Source: Podospora anserina
Taxonomy: Eukaryota
Assembly (NCBI GenBank): GCA_017654855.1
Contig: CM030333.1
Location: 806,001-870,000, forward strand
Reading direction: 5' to 3'
Length of the DNA: 64,000 bases
Of the stretch, positions 1-9,790 are shown piece after piece. The position numbers were made by a program, and so were the translations under genes. Positions within the stretch are counted from its first letter, which is position 1. Each line of letters starts with the position of its first letter. Under the pieces are notes generated by a model. The model made no database searches. It saw only the letters and a list, made by a program, of their open reading frames with translations, and had not been told where the DNA came from.

Positions 1-385
1 ATGTGGACACCCGCAAAGAACAACTAATAGGGAAGAGGAGGCACGGCAGCCAATCAAGAGAAAGGAGGATGGACCAGTAAGAGGTGGATCATCCGGGATA
101 TGAAGGAATTATGAGCGATTCCCAGGAATCACTCATGATCCTTAGGAGTTGGTTATAATCCGGGGAGAAACAAAATGATCCAGGCTTAGCATTAGGTCTA
201 TATATACAGAGGAACTAGATAGCTTGCAAATAGTTCCGCAGTATGCAATTCACAATTATATTCACGGTATCTTGTGTTTACATTAAGACATCTTATTGTG
301 CACTATTTAGCTGCACTAAACCAATTGTCAGAAGTTACCTTTAACCTGTATCCCTTTCAGAGGTTTTGTACAGGGGTTCGTCACA
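1..385 (+). mobile_element. LTR of an LTR retrotransposon (left end outside window), RIP-mutated; resembles the Podospora crapaud-type LTR
   Basis: Ends ...GGGGTTCGTCACA at 385. About 195-385 is the reverse complement of about 1094-1287, and over 261-385 it differs only by C>T/G>A changes (ggcat>ggtat, catcga>cattaa, ctgaa>ctaaa). TATA-like TATATATA near 199. Strand is inferred from TATA orientation. The family name is from memory. Confidence 0.8.
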
Positions 386-529
386 CACTAGCCGCGAAAA
401 AAAAGGCTAAAAAGCCAAAAATTAGTTGGTGTTACGGCTTGATAGGTAAGTTCTAGGATAAAGCAATAGTTATACTATACCAATTGATTTAAATATAAGC
501 TAAAGAAAAAAAAAAGGAAATCCTAATAG

Positions 530-664
530 TGCCTGCAAAGCAAGGCTTTTTGACAGAGCAAAGCTTTGACAACTTGCTCTCGCTCCCAGAGTTCCACATG
601 CTCCACGTGGCCCGCACGTGCCTAATATCCATCAGTCCGTCAGTGTCAAGCCAGTGCCATGACA
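530..664 (-). mobile_element. possible truncated LTR fragment of another family
   Basis: GC-normal island within AT-rich DNA. It ends ...GCCATGACA (TGTCA... on minus), a typical LTR terminus. No second end or TSD found. Confidence 0.25.
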
Positions 665-1093
665 GTTAACAGAATAGTTATTACAGTAAGTTGTTGGTTG
701 TTTAGTTCAAAAGTAAACAAATAGGAAAATCTACCTTAAAAGTAACTCAAGTGTGGGTCTAGTAAAGGACAAGCTCTTTATTAAGTGCCTCATATTAAGA
801 GCTAGGATTAATGACTTAATCTTAGCTTTTCACTTATTAATTTTAGCTTTTACTGTCTATTTTAAGCTCAAATTATAGGAAAATATGTTGAGATGAGCTT
901 CGTGTAACCTAAAAACGTTTTCGTTAAAATAAAAGATTACTATTTGGCATCCACAAATCTTCTTTCTACTGAAAGTCTAAAAAAAGAATTTATGATACTT
1001 CTAATCTCCAGAGGTTTCCCCGCCTACATTATGTCTCTAAAGAAAGAAATTTTAATTTAGCAAGTCGTCTTTTTTTGATAAATATAAGTAGAG
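665..1093. repeat. AT-rich RIP-degraded relic (continues at 1593-1652)
   Basis: Very AT- and TpA-rich, with stop-riddled frames. It serves as the target of the LTR at 1094. Confidence 0.6.
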
Positions 1094-1587
1094 TGTGACG
1101 AACCCCTGTACAGAACCTCTGAAAGGGATACGGGTTGAAGGTAACTTCTGACAATTGGTTCAGTGCAGCTAAACAGTGCACAACAAGATGTCTCGATGTA
1201 AACACAAGATGCCGTGAATACAAGCTTGAATTGCATACTGCGGAACTGTCTATCTACACCAGCCAGTTCCTCCGTATATATAGACCTTGGGGCCGTGAGG
1301 TGCTCGCCCTGCTATGGCCCCGATCACTCCTAGCATATTGCATCCTGCATTGTGCTCGTCGTGCTATACCTCTGATCACTCCTAGCACATTACATCTGCA
1401 TTGTGCTCGTCGTGCTATGCCTCTGATCATCCCTAGCATCTTGCATCCTGCAGACTGCTCGTGAGCCTTGGCGCCATAGCACTTTTGCCTAGCCCTGATC
1501 GGCTTGTTCCCTGACTTCCTGAATGATTGGCTAGGAGCGACCTGCGCCCCACATGTGGCGCGACCTGCCGTTGGGTTAACTGTGACA
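1094..1587 (-). mobile_element. solo LTR, 494 bp, with 5-bp target-site duplication TAGAG
   Basis: TG...CA termini (TGTGACG at 1094, TGTGACA ending 1587). TAGAG at 1089-1093 and 1588-1592. Shares one half with the LTR at 1-385. Internal ~50-bp tandem repeat at about 1319-1460. Confidence 0.92.
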
Positions 1588-1652
1588 TAGAGCTAAAAAA
1601 GTAGGCCGTAGTGTAATTAGGTAAATTTAGCTTTTTTTTTTTGAGAGGCTAT

Positions 1653-2377
1653 TGAAATGGTGAGAAAACATACAAAACAACCACAACACCACAAGTATTG
1701 GTTTGGGGTGCGGCCACAGGCCTGAGAGTATGAGTAAGGAAGCGGGGCTCTCGGAGGACTCAGGGGTTCAGGGGTCATGTATATATAAGCGGTCTGCTTC
1801 GGACATTCTAATTTAGAAAAATCATCGACTTTTATTTTTCTTCGTATTTTGTGCCTTGCACGCGTGCAGGCAATTCTGGCCCTCTGATCAGGCCAATCCG
1901 GTGCTTATTATGTGGCCTGCGAGCCCATAGTGTCTTTTCTTTGTCTTGAGTGAAGTGCGGCCTGCGAGCGAGTCACTGTCACGCAGGCGTGTCCATTCAG
2001 GGACCTGTTGAGGGTATATTTGCGGTGTTGTGGTTGGTTTGTGTGTTTTCTCACCATTTCAGTATACCCTCAACAAGTCCCTGAATGAACACACCTGCGT
2101 GACAGTGACTCGCTCGCAGGCCGCACTTCACGCAGAACAAAGAAAAGACACTGCGGGCCCGCAGGCCTCATAATAAGCACCGGATTGGCCTGATCAGAGA
2201 GCCAGAATTGCCTGCACGCGTGCAAGGCACAAAATTTGAAGGAATAAAAGTCGATGTCCTGTCTACAATAGAATGTCAGAAGCAGACTGCTTATATACAT
2301 GACCCCTGAACCCCCGAATCCTCCGAAAGCCCACTTCCTCACTTATATCCTCAGCCCTATGACCGCACCCCAAACCA
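1653..2377 (-). mobile_element. solo LTR of a second family (about 358 bp when rejoined), split by an insertion; 4-bp TSD CTAT
   Basis: TGAAATGG at 1653 to CAAACCA at 2377, flanked by CTAT on both sides. Segments 1653-1698 and 2066-2377 together equal the reverse complement of 1699-2061. Confidence 0.88.
1699..2061 (+). mobile_element. solo LTR, 363 bp, nested in inverted orientation inside a copy of its own family; 4-bp TSD GTAT
   Basis: TGGTTTG...CATTTCA termini. GTAT at 1695-1698 and 2062-2065. TATATAA near 1780. Confidence 0.88.
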
Positions 2378-2381
2378 CTAT

Positions 2382-2730
2382 TAACTCGACTTCCAGTATA
2401 AGTCTTTTTTTTTTAATCCAGTAGTAGGCCAAGCGCAAGCTTTGCAAATGAGTGATCCTAGCCGCGCAAGGCTTACTATTTTTTTTAGACAAATGTTTAA
2501 ATTTAATAATTTTTTTGGTTTTCATTTATTTTTTTAAAAGTAATTAAACTAACTTTATATAAACTTATTAATTTAAATAAAAAAAATTTATATTAAAGTA
2601 TTATTAAATGGACATTAACATAGCTTACATTTTTCTATAAAAGTTTTGAGAATATATTTAAAGACAATATATATAAAAATGATTTTTTTTAAAAGAAAAT
2701 AGAAAAAAAAAGAATTAGACGAAGATTTGT
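2382..2730. repeat. extremely AT-rich RIP relic
   Basis: Long A/T runs, abundant TpA, almost no CpA/TpG at 2500-2700. Confidence 0.65.
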
Positions 2731-2783
2731 AGAGTTTCTTGTGTTTACATTTGTTGCCTTAATTACCGTGCAAGAATAAGGCT

Positions 2784-3285
2784 ATCTCCATAATCGCTGC
2801 TGCCAAACGTGGAAACATCAACATATTTAGTGGGGAAAAAACCTATCACCACACTTACCGCCGCCAAAAATGAGGATTTCATGATACTCGCCGCCGCCAA
2901 AAGTGAAGCTATTTCCCGCACTTGCGGCCGCGAGAAAAAAATCATCTTAATGCATATGCATCTAAAGAGTATTCTTAAAATGCATATACGACTAAAGAGA
3001 CAGCAAGAAGCATAAACTCATCTCCAAACTCACCGTCGCGGAAACTGAATCCATCGCTATACTCACTATTACCAAAAGTGAGTCTATTATTCCATCAACT
3101 GTTATAAGTTAAAAATCAATACCCTCGTCGCTGCCGAAAGTGAGGTTGTCATTACACTCGCTGCCGCCAAAAGTGAGGTGATCATCACATTTACTGTCGC
3201 AAGCTAAAAATCGCCACTGTCGCTGCCATCGAAAGTGAAGCTATCACCACATTCGCCGCCGCCAAAAGAGAGGATGACATATCTG
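2784..3285. repeat. degenerate 33-bp minisatellite (consensus about ATCACCACACTCGCCGCCGCCAAAAGTGAGGMT) with interspersed ~29-bp units
   Basis: Units start near 2784, 2845, 2878, 3052, 3115, 3148, 3210, 3243. Shorter units near 2817, 3086, 3181. Confidence 0.8.
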
Positions 3286-3293
3286 CCAGGCCT

Positions 3294-3775
3294 GCCATGT
3301 TCGTCATGTTCGCCATATTCGCCATGCTTGCATGCTTGTCATGTCCGCCATGTTCGCCATGCCTGCCATGCTTGCCTACCTCCCATACCTCCCATACTCA
3401 CCATATTTACCAGATTTGCCATGCTTCCATACTTGCCATGCTTACCATACCTCCCATATTTGCCATATTCACTATAATTGCCTTGCTCGCCATGTTGGCC
3501 ATACTCTCCATACTCTCCATACTCTCCATACTCTCCATACTCTCCATACTCTCCACGCTCTCCATGATCTCCATGCTTCATGCTCACCATGCTCACCATG
3601 CTCACCATGCTCACCATGCTCACCATGCTCACCATACTCATCGTGTTCATCATGCTCACCATGCTCACCATACTCATCGTGTTCACCGTGTTCACCGTGT
3701 TCACCATGGCTGCCATGCTTGCCATGTTCATCATATTTGCCATTTTTGCCATTTTTGCCATCCTCGCCGTGTTCA
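3294..3775 (-). repeat. 9-bp minisatellite (CCATGCTCA-type, about 50 units); reads as frameshifted (Gly-Glu/Lys-His/Tyr)n on minus
   Basis: Continuous ccatRYTYN units. Minus-strand ORFs read GEHGEHGEH / GEYGEYGEY / [10 protein letters not shown] few 8-bp units shift the frame. Confidence 0.85.
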
Positions 3776-4198
3776 ATTGCACCTCTTCCCACAGCCCTCC
3801 TGCCGCCCCCAGCACACTTTTCAGGCCCTTGCCAATCGCAATCAAACCTGCCAGCCATTGGCAGGTGGCCTGCAATGGCGGCATTGTGCGAAAACGGCCC
3901 ATAAACCCCCGCACTTCGTCATCGTGAAGCCTGAAAACCTCAACACCAGCCGTTATTGGCGAAGTTTTATGGGATGAGGTTGCACAAAGCGAGGCGTCTG
4001 ATGTATTTAAACCGAAAAAACGTTTTGTGCGATATTTGGCGGCCTTCACCGGGCCGGAGGGCTAACATGCAGCCATTTAGGGGCGAGTGACGGCCGGTGC
4101 CTGGGGCAGAGAGACCGGATGGAATTGACGGCGACGAGGTCACCCGCGGGGTGCGGTCCAGTGAGGCGGTACGGTTGGGAAATGCAGTGGGCGTGCCC

Positions 4199-4432
4199 TC
4201 TTCCTCTCCCTCTTCCTCTCCCTCTTCCTCTCTCTCTTCCTCTTCCTCACACACACACACACTCTCTCCCTCTCCCCACACATCCACACACTCCTTCACA
4301 CACACACTCCTTCACACACACACTCCTTCACACACACACTCCTTCACACACACACTCCTTCACACACACACTCCTTCACACACACACTCCTTCACACACA
4401 CACTCCTTCACACACACATTCTTTCACACACG
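4199..4432. repeat. CT-rich 12-bp repeat followed by a 16-bp tandem array (CTCCTTCACACACACA x8)
   Basis: Perfect units start at 4291, 4307, 4323, 4339, 4355, 4371, 4387, 4403. Confidence 0.92.
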
Positions 4433-5389
4433 CACCCCCCGGCTTCTCCTCTATCAGGTGTGCCCCATTGCCGTCGTTCCCCCCTCCCTGTACGCTCTCC
4501 ACTGTGCCCCGGTCTCTCTCTCCCTCTCACTCGCTGGCAATTCCTGGCACGTCGTGGCGCACCAGAGCCACAGAACCACGCCGCTCTCCTCAAAGAGGTA
4601 TGCGCCCTTCCATCACCATTGTTCCCCTCTCCCCGGCGGGCCCCAGTGTCTCCTGAACGCCGGCTCCAATTCCCCTTCAATTGGCTTCACATCCCCTTCA
4701 ATTTGCCCTCAAAACCAGCGTCAAATCCCCCTCCAAATGGCAGTCAACGGGCGTGTAATTTGACACCAATTCCCTGCAGTTCAACCAACCCACAAGCCTC
4801 TCTCCCCCTCGTCGAACGAAACGGCCGGGGCCCTCGCCATCATGGGCAGCGAGGGAACAAAGCGTGAGGGGGTCGGGCAGGTGGCCAGAGAGAACGGGGG
4901 AGGGAATGCCGGCGATGCGGTGACGATTCCCGGCGGCGACGTCGGCAAGAGCGTGGCTCGCAAGAGCCACCAACAACACATCCGGGGCCGGCACGCCCCT
5001 CTCCTCGGCCCGGCGACGGTGCCCTTCCCGCGTGTAAACGCGGGCAGCCAGGTGGCTCGCGAGGGCCACCTCCGACACATCCGTGGCCGGCACGCGCCCC
5101 TCGACGGCACCCCGGAGGCTCTCGCGAGCCTCACCAAGAAAGCTCCCGCGGAGGCGGCAAAGGGGGAGGTGAATGGGGAGGTGGCCAACGCCATGATTTA
5201 GGGGGATGTGTGGGGGTGGTTATGGGTGGTGTGTGCTCTTTTTTTGGCGCGTTGATTTGATATGTGGCTGGCCTATAAAGGCTTGCTATCAGAGGTGAAC
5301 TGGGAACGGTGGAAATAGCGTTGATTTTGGCGTTCATATCGCGTTGAATTTGATATTGTGGAGTTCTTTTGGCATGTTGTTGAGCGTGA

Positions 5390-5840
5390 GCCCTCCTCCA
5401 TGTGGGTGAGCCTCCCCTGTGTGGGTGTGCCTTGCCCCGTGTGCGTGCCTCCTCCATGTGCGTGTGGCCCCTCCAGTTATATCAACCCCCCATGTGTGTA
5501 TGCTGCCTTTATGTTTGCGCCCATGCTTTCTTCATGTATGGGCCTTCTCCACGTGTGTATGCCGTCCCCATGTGTGTGCCCATGCCCTCTCCATGTGCGT
5601 GTCCGTGCCTTCTTTATGTGTGTGCCATGTCCTCTTCATGTGTGTGAGGCCATGCCCTGTCCATGTGTGTGGCCATGCCGTCTCCATGTGTGCATGCCCT
5701 CTCCGTGAGCATATGCCGCCTCCAGTGTTCACGCCTTCTCCACGTGTATTCCCACGCCTTGCGAACGTGTGCGTGCCGCCTCCATATTGGTGCCCATGCC
5801 TTATCCATGTGTATGTGCCTTCGCGTGGGTTCCATGTGTC
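5390..5840. repeat. degenerate ~20-23-bp minisatellite (CCCTCTCCATGTGTGTG core)
   Basis: About 20 recurrences of tccatgtg/tccacgtg followed by TG runs. Confidence 0.8.
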
Positions 5841-6821
5841 ACAATCGATAAGATCACAATCGATAAGATCACAATCACAACTGATAAGGACTAATCGATA
5901 AACTCATAATTGATAGTGCCAACTCTAGTAGTAGCATATAGGGATGCATATTGAGCAAAGGGATAGAGTCCATATATATGCACATAAAGCAAATATAAGG
6001 TATGTTCATCAAGTGAAACAAGCTGAATTCAACAGTCATCCAACCCGCTATCTTGTCTTGTGCTATGCTAAAACCCGGGAGGCAGGTTTATTCCATGCCC
6101 AATCTCTCAAAGAGAGAGAGATATCTGAAACTGCCCTAAGAATACACAATGAAGGTCTCAAACATTGAGTTGTTAATAGCCCGCTCCAGGACAGCACATC
6201 CCAGAATGCCATTACATTGCCAATTGCTTCACATCCATCCCCTGATGAAGCAAGAAAATAATCCTTCCCCACAAGCTATGCTTGCTATTATTGTGCCAGA
6301 GCTAGACCAAAACCTACTCTCACTCCCACCAGGAGAGAAGAGCAGAAACTGGTGCTCCGACGGTTGACAGAAGCGGTAAGGAACGCAAGAGATATTATAT
6401 CTCGAGGGGGTGGCAGCATCACACAATGAAGTGGTGCTTGGCCTGCCCTCCTCCCAGATCGACACACAGAATCTCGAACCAGTCGCGACCCCGGGTCTGG
6501 GAGGGAAGGGCATCAGGTTGTGTGAGAGCTTGAGTGTGTATTTCAACAAACAGCATCAAACAAAGTGAGCGTACAGCTTTTCATTAGTCATTAATCATCA
6601 TGTCCTCAAAAGTGAGGGACGCGAATGTTAACGATAGCGAATAAAGCCTCGTGTTTGTGGTGTGTGGAGGGATCCTGGCTAGGTGTGCCGACCTCATAGC
6701 GGATAGAAATCAACGCCAAGGTCTTATTAAGGCAACATCCAACAAGCAAGTCCTTTGTCTTCCATCAAAGAGGTAAAAAAAAAAGGCAGCAAGTCTACCC
6801 CTAGACATTGGGCGCGGGCAT

Positions 6822-7634
6822 TTATCGGCGGACGACGATGCCGTTGCGGCGGGAGCTGCGCTCAACGTACTCTTGCTCGTCCTCGGAAGAGGAGCACGAG
6901 TCCTCGTAGCCGCAGCGAGAACCGCCGCAGTCGAGACGGACGCGCTCACCCTTGCGGGTGATGCCGTAGCGCTCGCAGGTGCACGAGGAGCAGTCTGAGG
7001 ATGGGGTGCTGTAGCCGGACGACGACGAGGAGTTGTCGGAGCGGTACGAGAGCGAGGAGCCGACAGAGGAGACGGGAGAGACGGAAGCGCCAAAGTCGGT
7101 GATGATGTCCTCGGCGTCGTAGTCGTAGATGCCGGTGGCAGCAAAGTGGCTGGAGAGCTCATCCTCGTCAAAGTCGCCGTCCAAGATGTGGCGGGTAGCG
7201 TGGGGAGCTACGGGCTTGGGGGCCTTGATCTGGGACATGGAGAGAGGGCGACCCTTGGGGATGTCGGAGCTGACGGAGTGGCGCGAGGAAGACTTGCGGG
7301 AAGAGGACTTGCTGGAAGAGGAAGACTTGGAGGAAGACTTGGGGACGTCAAGGATGTTGAGGGCACGGCCGGTGGTGGGCTCAACGGTGGACTCCTCGGA
7401 GGGGTTGTGCGAGACGTGGTACCCATCGATCATGTAGTAGTACCAGTATCTTTGGCCGACTTGAAGTGTGGTGGGCTGGAAGCGGAAGGTACCCTTCCAT
7501 GTGCCGGACTTGGAGGAAGTCTTGTCCTTGGAGAGCGGGAGTTGGCCGGAGTAGTTGTCCCAGGAGCCGAGGAGATGGACGGTCTTGACACCGGAGGAAA
7601 CACGGAGGTTGAATGAAAGCTGAATGGCGGACAT
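6822..7634 (-). CDS. esdC: EsdC-like early sexual development protein with N-terminal AMPK-beta-type glycogen-binding domain
   Basis: 270-aa ORF with strong codon bias. VKTVHLLGSWDNY...RYWYYYMIDGYHVSH...EPTTGRALNILDVP and C-terminal CTCERYGITRKG...LDCGG match my recollection of Aspergillus EsdC. Confidence 0.85.
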   Translation of the reverse strand: MSAIQLSFNLRVSSGVKTVHLLGSWDNYSGQLPLSKDKTSSKSGTWKGTFRFQPTTLQVGQRYWYYYMIDGYHVSHNPSEESTVEPTTGRALNILDVPKSSSKSSSSSKSSSRKSSSRHSVSSDIPKGRPLSMSQIKAPKPVAPHATRHILDGDFDEDELSSHFAATGIYDYDAEDIITDFGASVSPVSSVGSSLSYRSDNSSSSSGYSTPSSDCSSCTCERYGITRKGERVRLDCGGSRCGYEDSCSSSEDEQEYVERSSRRNGIVVRR

Positions 7635-9334
7635 TTTGAATGTGAGGCTGAAATAAACACGAGATGCTGATAATTAAACCGTCCCGAGAGAAAATAGCTT
7701 CGCGCTGTAGGGCGAGGCGAGCAAGTAAACCAGTAGTTGTTTTTGAGGGTATTCGGAGGTGGCGATTAGGAAGTAGCTAGGACCAGCAAAGCTACAATAT
7801 TTTGATTTTTTTGTGTATTAGTTGAATTAACAGAGCACAGCTCCGTGTAGAGGGGGAGGGTAAAGAAAGGGGGAGGAGGGGAAAAACAAAAACCGGTTTA
7901 TTGTTTTTGAGGGCTTGCTGAAGAAGAGAAGAAGGACAGGAAAAGAGGGTGAGGCCAGAGCCTTATATCATCTGGCGCCGAGTTGGACGAGAGAGGCACA
8001 ACCAAGGGAGGATGGGCGGGACAAGAAGCCATCGGCCCAGTTTGAGAGACCACAGCATGGGGCGCATGGCCCTCAGCGAGCACTACAGATTGCCGGCCGA
8101 GGTGGTGATGGAGGGCCGAAGCCAATGAGAGAGAGGATTGGCGGATAGAGGCAGGGCCATGCCTGCTGCTGTGTTCACAGTCGATATCACCCAGCTCGCA
8201 GAGTGCTACTGCACTGTGGGCGGCTAACACCAGCGGGACGTTGTCGGTGGTGATGGGAATCTTTTTTGGGAAACTCACAAGAGAGACAGAGAACATGAGA
8301 GACAGGAAATGCCCCGCACTTGTCAATCACCCACGCTAGACAGCTTTAGGAATAGTCCGGCGTCTAAATCCTGGTCGTCATTGACCAATCAGGTGTTACA
8401 TTTCCAGATCACACACAGCTCATGCGGACGACGGCAGAGTCAGCCAATAATCGACACTGTCGCTACCCGCAAACCTGCGCGGTGCATGATGCGGGCGAGC
8501 ATCTCATCATCAACTCTCAGGACATTTTGTGAGTGGCTGCCCCTTTCGAGAACCAACCGTTGGAGCGAGAGGCTGGCCTTCCATCGCAGGATTTACCTCC
8601 GAGTCCTACCCCACGAAGCATTGGCGCTGATGTCAAGGCAAATCACCATCTTGATATTCCCTCTGTATGCATCTCGCTGCAGCCTGCAAGCACGGGGACA
8701 ATCTTTGCAGTAGGTGGCTGTCATCTTGTGGAGAGAGGCGGCCGCGGATTGGGCCGATAATCTGGCTTCTCACAGTTCACATGCCGGGTAAAGTGCTGAG
8801 CTGAAGGTGCAGTTCAAGATCGGGCTGGACCATCAAGAAGCATGCTGGAAGCCGTTGATTCTATGGCTCTGGGTTCTCTCGGACAATTCCACCATCGACA
8901 ACGCCGCCACAACGGCGCATCGCTTCTTGGGGAAGGCCATGGAAGCCGACTGCCGACTTCTTGGACACCTCTATCCGATGTCTGGCTTGGTGGATCTGCT
9001 CGCTTGCGCTTGTCGAGCTGGTCGTCCGGTAAAAGCGCTCATCCTCGCGTGTATTGCGTATAGTATTCAGACGAGGAGAGCTAATGCATGCAAGCAATCA
9101 GCTTGCCTTCTAGCTCAGCAGTAGCAGCCTAGCATTGGCGGGTATGAGGCATCATGATCACATCTCCACAGGAAGGACGGTGGATTCCTGGACGTAAGAA
9201 TGTGATATCGAGCTGCAAGAGACGATGTGCCAATGGCTTGCCGTGCACATAATAGCCGCCTCAGCTCTGCATGGGTTGGTCCGTACACCCATCCCGGTTC
9301 ACTCATTACTTCACCTACCTTTAACTTATTTAGA

Positions 9335-9790
9335 AATGGGGTTATAGACACCAGAAGCTCGGAAAAGGCTAGGATTACAAACACGGAAAGCTCAGACTGT
9401 GTCTATAATCCTAGCCTTTTCTGTGTATAGTCTGAGCTATGATATTTTATTCCTGGCTTTGTCTGCGTATGATCTGAGCATTCTAAAGACAAGTTTGGGT
9501 CATAGCAAGCTCAGGTTGAAAGAAGAAAGCTTGGAATACTTTTAGAATAAAAGGCTTATTTACCTTGGATAAAAAAGAGCTGTAAATTCGGGCTGCAGGT
9601 AGTTTTATTCTCATTATTGAAAGGCCATCAACATTTGCTGAAGTATCGTCAAGGTAAATCTCTTGAGCCGAGGGCCTTACCTAGATTACTGAGAGTGAAG
9701 CTATCGCCATGAGTTTATAATATGAGCTGTATGAGGCTATAATCTGAGCTGTATGAGGCTACAAACTGAGCAATATAGTTTAAACAATAG
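9335..9790. repeat. degenerate AGCT-core repeat cluster with interleaved inverted copies
   Basis: Perfect 16-bp inverted pair 9362-9377/9406-9421. A 10-bp inverted pair 9389-9398/9429-9438. A 21-bp tandem TGAGCTGTATGAGGCTA near 9723-9770. Confidence 0.7.

Noticed and set aside
875-1065. Protein-like plus-strand frame (KYVEMSF..DYYLASTNLLSTESL..ISRGFPAYIMSL) in the RIP relic
   Set aside because: Interrupted by stops and not assignable to any family by eye; kept only as part of the relic.
1653-2377. MITE/foldback element or recombinase-invertible switch
   Set aside because: Two matching TSD pairs and TG..CA ends explain it fully as nested LTRs.
3235-5901. Multiple overlapping ORFs (HAHHAH, PCSPCS, MLTMLT, THTPSH, CVCP)
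   Set aside because: Stop-free by-products of tandem repeats; not called as genes.
1-6500. Starship/Spok, het/NLR or transposase genes in the accessory zone
   Set aside because: No tyrosine recombinase, NACHT/HET, RT, integrase or DDE motifs visible in any frame.
7900-9250. Short ORFs upstream of esdC, and similar ones at 21300-24300, 39400-42200 and 58000-59100
   Set aside because: No codon bias, motifs or convincing splice structure; more likely long regulatory or UTR regions.
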